Of a DNA stretch of 64,000 nucleotides, positions 36,928-45,003 are shown piece by piece. A program made the translations under genes and the position numbers. Each line of letters opens with the position of its first letter. Within the stretch, counting starts at the first letter, position 1. The stretch lies in the NCBI GenBank assembly GCA_021498125.1, contig JAIZWL010000001.1:197434-261433 (forward strand), written 5' to 3'. The notes beneath the pieces are model-generated. The model saw only the letters and a program-made list of their open reading frames with translations, was not told the origin of the DNA and made no database searches. The DNA comes from Candidatus Thorarchaeota archaeon (lineage in GTDB: Archaea; Asgardarchaeota; Thorarchaeia; Thorarchaeales; Thorarchaeaceae).

Positions 36928-37896
36928 ATGAAGTCTTTTGTTCTCACACATGGTGATGTTGATGGAATCACCTCCGGTGCCATTGGTCTGTTGGCTTTCC
37001 CGGGGTCCTATCTCTATTTCACAAAGCCCTCTCAGATTCATACAGATCTCTATCGGGTCGCTAAAGATCGGCCCGATGTAGTTTCTATCAGTGATATTGC
37101 TCTGAACACCGCTCATTTTGATGACATTCTTAGAGCATTGTCACGGTTTCCTGATGACACTGTGATTCATTGGACCGACCATCATCCTATGGAAGCAAAA
37201 TACAAGCGAAAGCTGGCGAAACGAGTAGATCTGTTCCATCAGATTGGTCCCTGTGCTGCTGAACTGATGTATCGAAAGTTTAAGGACAGACTACCAGAGC
37301 ATGCTCTCAGGCTAGCTCTATATGGCGCAGTTGCCGACTACTGTGATGACACTCCTTTTACAAGGGAACATTTCGAAGACTTTGATAAACGAACGCTCTA
37401 TCTTGAGGCGGCACTACTTGTTCAAGCTCTTCAAGAAATTGATTATCGCAGGGAGTCAAAAGATCTCACTTGGGAGCTCACGTTGGGAATTGAACCAAGT
37501 GCTATGAACAACATCGTGACGCTTGCTATGAAGGCAACGCGTGTAGAGCATGAGGTATTTAGATATGTACAGACGCATGCACGCAAGATGGGGCCTGTCG
37601 GTTATGTCCTTGATATGCCTGTCCACGGTTATCGTGGGAAAAGCGCAAAATTCGCAGCCTATGCAACAGGCTCACCAATAGGGATCAGTGCTCGCTCATC
37701 TGATGACGAGATCGATATGTCTATCAGGCGTCGAAATTCGACAATCAATCTGAATCGTGCTCTGAACAAAATTCTCCCCCTCCTCAATGATGCTCAAGGT
37801 GGTGGTCATCCAGCTGCTTGTGGAGGTAGTATGAAACGAGAAGACTTTCCTCGTTTTCTACAACTGTTAGGTGAAGAGGTAGCGTCTTTATCATAG
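36928..37896 (+). CDS. DHH/DHHA1-family phosphoesterase (NrnA/RecJ-like short form)
   Basis: HGDVDGITSGAI DHH motif at the N-terminus and GGGH (AQGGGHPAACGG) DHHA1 motif near the C-terminus. Confidence 0.75.
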   Translation: MKSFVLTHGDVDGITSGAIGLLAFPGSYLYFTKPSQIHTDLYRVAKDRPDVVSISDIALNTAHFDDILRALSRFPDDTVIHWTDHHPMEAKYKRKLAKRVDLFHQIGPCAAELMYRKFKDRLPEHALRLALYGAVADYCDDTPFTREHFEDFDKRTLYLEAALLVQALQEIDYRRESKDLTWELTLGIEPSAMNNIVTLAMKATRVEHEVFRYVQTHARKMGPVGYVLDMPVHGYRGKSAKFAAYATGSPIGISARSSDDEIDMSIRRRNSTINLNRALNKILPLLNDAQGGGHPAACGGSMKREDFPRFLQLLGEEVASLS

Positions 37897-40116
37897 CAGT
37901 AGCATGATTACGTTCCAGATTACCCAGACAACCGTCACTATTGCCTCACCTGCAACAATCCCGCTAAGAATTCGACTTGTCCTATCCTGTTGCATCTCTG
38001 CGCTCTCGATTCGATCGGGATACATATCTATTGTTTCCCCGGATTTCTTCTTTTGTTGGTAGTCAATAAATGCGCCGATGAGCATGGTTACTGATGTTGC
38101 AGGGGGTATCAGCAGGCCCACGACCAGACTGATGGGACTTGACCCACGTTTGTGAACTTCCCGACCAACTAGATACCCGATCACTCCAAACGATAGCAGG
38201 TACACGAACTGAATAATCGGATGCACTCCCTGAAAGATGGGGCTGTCCATGCCTGGTAACATGAGATGCCCAAGCCCCTGAAGACTTAGCACAAGAAATC
38301 CAAAAAGCTGGGCTGCTGGTGCAGGGAACTCGGCAGTACCAAAATGATATGTGGAATAGACCATATATGTCATTAACGAGCCAACGAACGTTCCCAGCAT
38401 CATTCCTAAAAATACGGCTTTGAAGATATCTCTTCCTCGAACCCCTGTGAGTTTTCCGAGTTTCAGATGTACAAGTAACGCGACGGCAGCATCCTGAAGT
38501 GCTCCCAACATGGACATGAACGTAGTGACAGCTTGGAATGTGGTTCTGAAGAATAATATTGCTGGAATCGCTATAATATCTGAAATGTATCCAGCAAGCA
38601 TTCCCGTTTCGCTGATTGCCCGTGCTGTGAAATATGCCGAAACCAATGCTAATGGCGATCCCAGTATGAACAGAAGCCAGTGAATCTCCAATCCGGCAAA
38701 TGGTCGTAGTACGAAAAAGACTACTGTACCAATGATCATGAACAGGATTATTGATACGAGGGCAACCCATACTGGGACTTGACCATTTCTGGCTCGCAGG
38801 AACTCTCGCGGATTCTCTATAAGTTGTCGGAAGTCCTCCTTAAACGTCTGTAATGAGAAGAGTTCCTCCTTGACACGCAATAATCGTGGTTCTTCTGAAA
38901 CCTTATGAGGCCAATCTATTATGAGCGACAAATCCTGTTGTTGGTTTTTAGTGCGTTCGATGAACATCTGTTCAAACCGATCGTAGGTCAGCGAATCATC
39001 TTTTCTACTGGTTGCAAAATCTCCTGCGATGACTGTTGCAAAGATTCCTAACGCAAGATAGAGTATCTCGGGTCTGTGAAGATGTGCACTATACGAGATT
39101 GGTTGAGCGCCCTCCAAAAAGATCCAGATCATCAGTGTCATAAGGCTCCCTAAAATAAGCGTGAGCGTTCGTTTCCATCCCACAAAGTATCCAATTGCGG
39201 CGATAAGCGGTGAATTGCTCATCCCTATCCAATTTGGGATTGCGGCAGCAGATGGGATAGTCGACTTAATCATGTACGGGAATGTTGAGAGTGATTCTCC
39301 AGTTGACGCCTCGGCTACTTTTGCCGCACCGACCCATGCTGCTGATATCAACACTCCTTCTGCTACATCCTTCTTGGCATCCTTGTCAAGCCCCATTGAT
39401 ATTATGCACTCGGCTTGAGGTTTAACTTGTGGCCACGGTTCTCTCTCAAACTGTTCTCTAAAGGGTGCAAGTAGCAATAGTCCAAAGATCGCACTTGTTC
39501 CAGTCACAAAGACGATAAATGGATACGTGATTAGACTTGCCGCCACATCTGGTGCGAAAATCTCTATTGCCGGAAATGTAATGAGTACGCCAATAGATAT
39601 CATAGATGCCCCATTCGCTATTGCTACGACTATTGTGTTCTCTTCCTTGGTGTATTCCCCCTTAGCACCCAGAACTAATGCTCCGAGCATCTCGGCTCCC
39701 ACAAAGTACACCATTCCCAATTTGAGAGCAAGATAGATGCCCAAAAATGTCATCACAATACCCACACCAATCCCTGTGACTATTGCTCTCTTTGTTAATG
39801 GGAACTTGGGTTCTACCAATGCACCAAGATAGATTATGATTCCGCTGATACCCATTATGGTCATTTCAGTAAAGACGCCCACACCAAGACTTGTTCCAAG
39901 AAATAGTATGATGAATAGGCCACTCACTCCCAAATCTCTCTTTGTCACCCGTTCGTGTCTCAGAGATGCGATTAGAAGAGTGCCCTCTATTATCCCTGCT
40001 GAGATAACACTTGGATCGTACCAGCGGCCCTCACACATGACCACAAAGACATAGAACAACCCCGCACCAAATAGACCTGCCAATGTTGTTCGAGTTGATC
40101 TACGGTCTTTAAGCAA
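37891..40116 (-). CDS. Large polytopic membrane transporter (about 16 TM helices), possibly an OPT-family oligopeptide transporter
   Basis: 741-aa hydrophobic ORF. The family assignment is by size and topology only; no diagnostic motif confirmed. Confidence 0.35.
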   Translation of the reverse strand: MLKDRRSTRTTLAGLFGAGLFYVFVVMCEGRWYDPSVISAGIIEGTLLIASLRHERVTKRDLGVSGLFIILFLGTSLGVGVFTEMTIMGISGIIIYLGALVEPKFPLTKRAIVTGIGVGIVMTFLGIYLALKLGMVYFVGAEMLGALVLGAKGEYTKEENTIVVAIANGASMISIGVLITFPAIEIFAPDVAASLITYPFIVFVTGTSAIFGLLLLAPFREQFEREPWPQVKPQAECIISMGLDKDAKKDVAEGVLISAAWVGAAKVAEASTGESLSTFPYMIKSTIPSAAAIPNWIGMSNSPLIAAIGYFVGWKRTLTLILGSLMTLMIWIFLEGAQPISYSAHLHRPEILYLALGIFATVIAGDFATSRKDDSLTYDRFEQMFIERTKNQQQDLSLIIDWPHKVSEEPRLLRVKEELFSLQTFKEDFRQLIENPREFLRARNGQVPVWVALVSIILFMIIGTVVFFVLRPFAGLEIHWLLFILGSPLALVSAYFTARAISETGMLAGYISDIIAIPAILFFRTTFQAVTTFMSMLGALQDAAVALLVHLKLGKLTGVRGRDIFKAVFLGMMLGTFVGSLMTYMVYSTYHFGTAEFPAPAAQLFGFLVLSLQGLGHLMLPGMDSPIFQGVHPIIQFVYLLSFGVIGYLVGREVHKRGSSPISLVVGLLIPPATSVTMLIGAFIDYQQKKKSGETIDMYPDRIESAEMQQDRTSRILSGIVAGEAIVTVVWVIWNVIMLLL

Positions 40117-40246
40117 GGGGGCGGTCTCCGGGTGATGTCAACGGTGTGTGGCTTCGGCGAGAGATAGCTTGTTCATCCGAACGTGCGAAAGAGTGCTGGA
40201 GCGGCCCATCTTTTATAGGTTTGGCACAAATCTGGCCTCGTTCTTA

Positions 40247-40543
40247 TTACAATCTCAACGTTTCAATGATCTCTTGGACTGATGGTCCCTCGATCGCAAG
40301 TATCTTTTCTCTTGACTTGTGTCCCGTGACAATCATGATGTGCGACGTTGATATTCCTATGATCTTTGCAAGTCTTTTCACGAGTTCCGTATTGGCCTTC
40401 CCTTCTCTGGCAGGCCCTCGAAGATTGATACTGATGTGAGTATCTGTGATCTCTTCAATAAATCGTTTTGACCTGGAGTTGGGTCTCACAAGAACACGTA
40501 TGAATATGCGGGACTGTTTTTCCCAGATGGCGGTTTTTTCCAT
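40247..40543 (-). CDS. DUF167/YggU (UPF0235) family small protein
   Basis: IRVLVRPNSRSKRF...INLRGPAREGKANTELVKRLAKIIGIS...IVTGHKSREKIL matches the YggU pattern. Confidence 0.7.
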   Translation of the reverse strand: MEKTAIWEKQSRIFIRVLVRPNSRSKRFIEEITDTHISINLRGPAREGKANTELVKRLAKIIGISTSHIMIVTGHKSREKILAIEGPSVQEIIETLRL

Positions 40544-40690
40544 GCCTTTTTCATGTGACCCTACCCATTTTAGTGTGCCTTAATCTGTAAATTCAGATTG
40601 GCGAGAGGCCCACTGAGATTTACTTAAATCGGGTAACGTTCTGAATACATAGTAAGGATTTAACGAGTAATTCCAACGGGGTGAATTTCA

Positions 40691-41071
40691 ATGTCTGATC
40701 CAGTAATGGACGCATATACACAAGCATATAATGACTCTGGACAACTGATCCAGGCCTTTGGCGTTATTACCACGTCAGGTCAGGTTCTCTGGCAAAGTAG
40801 TAACTGGGATCTAACTGCTGATGCACCAGGACTTGGTTCTGCAGTCGTGAAGGGCGCCACATCTGTGGTACAGAATCAAGTGAAGTACAGCACAATTCGA
40901 GTGACACCTGAAAGTCTTGTGGCTCGCAGTGTGGCTGGAAACGGTACACTTGTTCTGGCTAAGATTGAGGGTGACAAGTTCGTTGTTGCATGGGCGGACC
41001 CAAGTGCGCGTCCTGATCAAATCTATGTGGACGTTGACCGCGCGGCAAAGAAGCTCAAGGGCAAAATCTAA
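40691..41071 (+). CDS. Profilin-like protein, paralog 1 (eukaryotic signature protein)
   Basis: 126 aa. AFGVITTSGQVLWQSS corresponds to the profilin AAIVGYKDSPSVWAAV block, KYSTIRVTPESL to QKCSVIRDSL, and TLVLAKIEGDKF to TLVLLMGKEGVH, with a C-terminal helix. The Roadblock/LC7 alternative does not fit. Confidence 0.7.
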   Translation: MSDPVMDAYTQAYNDSGQLIQAFGVITTSGQVLWQSSNWDLTADAPGLGSAVVKGATSVVQNQVKYSTIRVTPESLVARSVAGNGTLVLAKIEGDKFVVAWADPSARPDQIYVDVDRAAKKLKGKI

Positions 41072-41093
41072 ACACATCTATACATATGGGGCA

Positions 41094-41148
41094 GGATGAG
41101 GGGCCATATGATTTTCTACCCCTATCCGGCCTCGATATTTTATTTTTG
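41094..41148 (+). terminator. Hairpin (GGAUGAGGGG...CCCCUAUCC) followed by a U-rich tract between the two profilin paralogs; a putative terminator or attenuator
   Basis: Near-perfect 9-10 bp stem at 41094..41127, then TATTTTATTTTTG. Confidence 0.4.
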
Positions 41149-41158
41149 AGGGATGCTA

Positions 41159-41533
41159 ATGGAAGATCCAATCGGTCAAGCCTGGAACGCCTTGTATACT
41201 GCTAATCCGAAGATTCAGGCATTTGCTGTTATCAAAGGATCCACAGTTGCATGGCAGACCTCGAACTGGGATCTTGTAGATGAAGCAGAATCTCTCTCAT
41301 CTGTTCTGAAGACCGCACCCGAAAAAATCAGAGTGAATAAGGTCGAGTATCATCGTGTATACTTGGATGAGACCTCCTTTGTAGCCACAGCCGACAAGAA
41401 AAAAGGCCATCTCCTCATGAGCCTTGTAACAGCCGGGACTTGGCTAGTGGCATGGGCAACTCCCGATGCGGATCCAGAACTTGCGCAGATTGATCTTGCT
41501 AAGACCGCTTTTGACCTTCGTGATAGTGTATAG
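41159..41533 (+). CDS. Profilin-like protein, paralog 2 (eukaryotic signature protein)
   Basis: IGQAWNALY matches the profilin N-terminal AGWNAYI helix; AFAVIKGSTVAWQTSNWDL; LVAWATPDADPELAQIDLAKTAF C-terminal helix. Followed by CTGCCTTTTTTT (T-tract at 41539..41547). Confidence 0.7.
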   Translation: MEDPIGQAWNALYTANPKIQAFAVIKGSTVAWQTSNWDLVDEAESLSSVLKTAPEKIRVNKVEYHRVYLDETSFVATADKKKGHLLMSLVTAGTWLVAWATPDADPELAQIDLAKTAFDLRDSV

Positions 41534-41680
41534 ACTGCCTTTTTTTCATATGTGATGATTCAATGTTGGCCGTCTGTAGGTCAACATGATTCTCTGTAAC
41601 TTATCAATGATTCTCAATAAATCAAAATGGCAGTAGATTTAGATAGTCGGAGAGCCCAATTATATTATGAGGGATCTACT

Positions 41681-41914
41681 ATGGCCGTTGTTGCTTTTAT
41701 CATGCTCAAGGTTCGCACGGACTCTACAAGGGGTGTTCTTGAAAAGGTCAAGTCTTTTGCAGAGACAAAACAAGTTCATATCATCTTTGGGGCGTATGAT
41801 ATGATCGTAAAGGCCGAGTTCAAGGATAACGATGAGATGAGTCGTTTCGTTGTGGATAAATTGAAATCGCTTGATGGCGTTATAGAGACCGCCACAAATG
41901 TCTGCGCCATATAA
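41681..41914 (+). CDS. Stand-alone RAM (Lrp/AsnC C-terminal ligand-binding) domain protein
   Basis: MAVVAFIMLKVRTDSTRGVLEKVKSFAETKQVHIIFGAYDMIVKAEF... is an AsnC_trans_reg domain without an HTH. Start placed at the internal Met (41681). Confidence 0.65.
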   Translation: MAVVAFIMLKVRTDSTRGVLEKVKSFAETKQVHIIFGAYDMIVKAEFKDNDEMSRFVVDKLKSLDGVIETATNVCAI

Positions 41915-41982
41915 TCGAGTTCCTGATAATGATTACTCGGTTTCAATTGGCCAAACCACAAGATGTCGGAATACTATTCACT

Positions 41983-42756
41983 CTATTTCTCAGGAAACAA
42001 AATGGCCCGAATCTGTTTTTGGGTTTCAATCCATTTGTCTATGCCTGTTGCGTGGACATTGAGCAAGAATTCGTAGAGGTCAAGGACATCACTATCTACA
42101 ACATCTCCCTTGATCATTTTGGCAATTGTTTCCCTGCCCGCTGATTCAATTGTCCATGCTTTGACTACAAGCTCGGATAATCTCTTTTTTTCATCCTCTG
42201 AAAAATTATATCCGAAGACATCGTTCAACCGGTCTATTGCTTGCTTGACTCGCCCCTTTAAGAGACGTGCACCTGTGAGTCTTGGTGTTGTTGCTATGAC
42301 GAATCCCTTTGCAGTTCTTCGATAATAGTCCGTCGTTCGTTTTCCCGTTGTCACCGTTCCATATTTGATGATCAGTCCTGCCTCAATCAATCTCGGTAGA
42401 TGATGATATACCTGATTCTTTGTGACGGCCTCAAGTTCATCATCCATTGCAGATAATTTCACGATTTCTATTACTGAGAGCGCATGCCGTTTGACCTCAC
42501 GTTGCCGTATAATGAGATCACCAGTTTCATCATCTCTCATACGAGTGGTGATGATGTCCTGTACGCCTTTTTTCATGGTCTTGAGGATTGCAAGACGTAC
42601 TGGGTCTTCCAAGGTCTGAATTATCTCTTCATTGGTCACAAAGACCAATTCCTTCTGGGGCGTGCGTCCCTCAGCAGTCAGTTCTATCTCTCTTAATGTG
42701 TCTGTCAACCTGTCAATATCTTCAGGTTGGTTCGTTATTGAGGCGGTCATAGTCAC
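41983..42756 (-). CDS. Winged-helix (ArsR/MarR-like) transcriptional regulator
   Basis: LEDPVRLAILKTMKK...HALSVIEIVKLSAMDDELEAV...VYHHLPRLIEAGLI HTH/wing pattern. Confidence 0.55.
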   Translation of the reverse strand: MTMTASITNQPEDIDRLTDTLREIELTAEGRTPQKELVFVTNEEIIQTLEDPVRLAILKTMKKGVQDIITTRMRDDETGDLIIRQREVKRHALSVIEIVKLSAMDDELEAVTKNQVYHHLPRLIEAGLIIKYGTVTTGKRTTDYYRRTAKGFVIATTPRLTGARLLKGRVKQAIDRLNDVFGYNFSEDEKKRLSELVVKAWTIESAGRETIAKMIKGDVVDSDVLDLYEFLLNVHATGIDKWIETQKQIRAILFPEK

Positions 42757-43329
42757 TGTTTCATACCCCTCCCCCCATATAAAAATACGTTTATAGTATA
42801 TGAAACAACCCCATCGACCAAAAATAGTGTGTCAAACAAACCTTTATATGGATTTGATTAACAACTATGGTAGAAGTTATAGTTTGATATACAAACCATC
42901 TGGTGATTAACATGGTGCGCGAGATTCTTACTCTTAGACATGATCGAAAAGAACTACCAATTGAGCCATTTGACGAATTTAATAGTATTGATCGGATGGT
43001 GAGGTGGTCTCGATGATTCGACATAGCAGTCGTCATAATCGGCCTCGTCGCAACTATGAATCCCCAGAGATTGTCCAGGCAAAGGCATTCTCTTGCCTGT
43101 ATTCATTTAGAAGGTGATAATTATGAATAGTCGAAATAATAAACCAAAATACAACAACACTCCTAAGATGGTGATCTCAGCGCAAGCAATAGCACACACC
43201 TATTTCCGTCGGTGATACTATATGTGGGATTTACCTGAGCGAGGGGGATATTTCGAGCGTGCCTCTTATGATGGCAACGATCGTGGGAACTCCCCCTCCC
43301 TTTCTATTGCTGAGGTATTGGCATGGGAG

Positions 43330-43350
43330 GTCACCTGAACTTCAGGTGAC
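43330..43350. promoter_or_regulatory. 21-bp perfect palindrome GTCACCTGAA-C-TTCAGGTGAC upstream of the MFS transporter gene; a candidate transcription-factor binding site
   Basis: Read directly: 10-nt arms around a single central C, containing GGTCA/TGACC half-sites. Confidence 0.4.
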
Positions 43351-43525
43351 ATTTCTTTCTCCTGTAGTTCCACCTTTGTCGTGTTTTATCGTTCAAACAA
43401 GTCCACAATCGACTATTAACTAGGTATTGTATTGCCAATTTTTCCTTTGTAATGTTCAAAATTCATCATGCTCTTAAGGTGGTTTGTAACATCATATTCC
43501 ATATATCAAATGGAGCTGACCATTT

Positions 43526-44896
43526 ATGGCATCTGATGAATATGCTTCTGATGATGATACAGGTGCAAATGCATCTGAACCTAAAACTGAAACTGAGCAG
43601 TACGTCCCCTCACGGATGAATTGGCTCTACGTCTTTGCGATCGGTCTTGGATTTTTCACCACTGGTGTGAGCTGGAGTGTTTACAACAGCTATCTGCCGG
43701 CCGACTTTCTCCCTACTTTTATTGTGGGCGATTTACAGAATACCATTATTGGCGCAATTATGGTTCTGGATAATATCTTCGCATTGTTTATGCAACCTTG
43801 GATTGGAGCCCATTCTGACAAGACGAGAACTCGTTGGGGGCGGCGAATGCCCTATATCATGGCGGGGATTCCTGTCGCCGCAGCCTTCTTTACGCTCATA
43901 TCTTATGGTTGGGCCTTGGGAAGCTTCTGGCTTATGTTTGCAATGATCACGATCTTCAACATTGCCATGGCATTCTATCGCGCACCAGTCGTGGCACTTA
44001 TGCCTGATCTTGTTCCCTCGGAACATCGGACCAAAGCGAATGGTGTGATCAATCTAATGGGCGGCATTGGTGCTATCTTTGCCTTCTTGGTGGCCTCTCG
44101 AATCTACAAGATACACGATCCGGTGATTGGTGCATTCCTTGGTGTTACTGCACAACAGTCAGGTCCAGTATTGACCTTCTTGACGACCAGCATTATCATG
44201 GTTGTTTCTCTGATTGTACTCTTCGTTGCAGTCAAAGAACCAGAGATCCCCCCTCCTGATTCCAAATCTGGTGAGATTGGCATCATGGAGGCAATCAAGC
44301 AGGTTTCTTTTGCAGAGGACAAGTCCGCCATTGCGCTTCTCGGAGCCATTCTGATGTGGTTCTTTGGATACAATGCTATAGAGACTTGGTTCACCAAATA
44401 TGGAAACGAGGTCCTTGGCTTTTTGACTGCTGATGCCTCATTTCTACTGAATGGGATTGCGATCTCCTTTGTCGTCTTTGCAGTGCCTGCGGGTGCTATT
44501 GCGGTGAGGGTGGGGCGAAAGAACACTATTGTTGCGGGTCTTGTCATTATGATTGGATCACTGACGGCTCTCTGGTTTGTTACCGACTATATCACTATCA
44601 TTCTGGTGCTTGCTGTTGCAGGTATCGGTTGGGCAATGGTTAATGTGAACTCCATCGTCATGGTCTGGCAGATGCTTGGCCAAGAGCGTCTTGGTGCTGG
44701 TACTGGACTCTACTATTTGGCAAGTATGTCGGCTGCGATTTGTGGGCCATTGATCTCCGGAATCCTCTTTGATCTGACCTCCATCGCGTATCTGTTTCCG
44801 GTATCCATTAGCTTCTTTGTGATTGCTCTACTACTCATGGTTGGAGTTCGAACTGGCGAGGCTCATCATGAGGCAATTGTTGAAACCCAAGTGTGA
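43526..44896 (+). CDS. Major facilitator superfamily transporter
   Basis: 12-TM pattern with an acidic N-terminal tail; MFS-like loop motifs (GRR...). Confidence 0.75.
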   Translation: MASDEYASDDDTGANASEPKTETEQYVPSRMNWLYVFAIGLGFFTTGVSWSVYNSYLPADFLPTFIVGDLQNTIIGAIMVLDNIFALFMQPWIGAHSDKTRTRWGRRMPYIMAGIPVAAAFFTLISYGWALGSFWLMFAMITIFNIAMAFYRAPVVALMPDLVPSEHRTKANGVINLMGGIGAIFAFLVASRIYKIHDPVIGAFLGVTAQQSGPVLTFLTTSIIMVVSLIVLFVAVKEPEIPPPDSKSGEIGIMEAIKQVSFAEDKSAIALLGAILMWFFGYNAIETWFTKYGNEVLGFLTADASFLLNGIAISFVVFAVPAGAIAVRVGRKNTIVAGLVIMIGSLTALWFVTDYITIILVLAVAGIGWAMVNVNSIVMVWQMLGQERLGAGTGLYYLASMSAAICGPLISGILFDLTSIAYLFPVSISFFVIALLLMVGVRTGEAHHEAIVETQV

Positions 44897-45003
44897 TTCT
44901 CTTGAGCTGGGACTACGGTCCCAGTCTATTCTTTTTTTATTAGCGTTTCTTACTATTTATAATATTTTTCCATTGCACTATACTTAAGAAGCGGAAGCCT
45001 CCG

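Noticed and set aside
38063-38770. 235-aa minus-strand ORF nested inside the 741-aa transporter gene
   Set aside because: Same strand but a different frame inside a strongly hydrophobic, well-formed transporter ORF. Its composition (Ser/Arg/Cys/His-rich) is characteristic of out-of-frame translation.
40691-41533. Alternative assignment of the two 126-aa ORFs to the Roadblock/LC7 (MglB-like) family
   Set aside because: Roadblock proteins lack the conserved Trp positions and the KxSxIR strand seen here. The motif order matches profilin, not the alpha-beta-beta-alpha-beta Roadblock pattern.
41549-41626. Possible C/D-box sRNA (GUGAUGA at about 41551, with direct repeats ATGATTCTC)
   Set aside because: No convincing D/D' (CUGA) boxes at the right spacing and no terminal stem; more likely promoter or UTR sequence of the RAM-domain gene.
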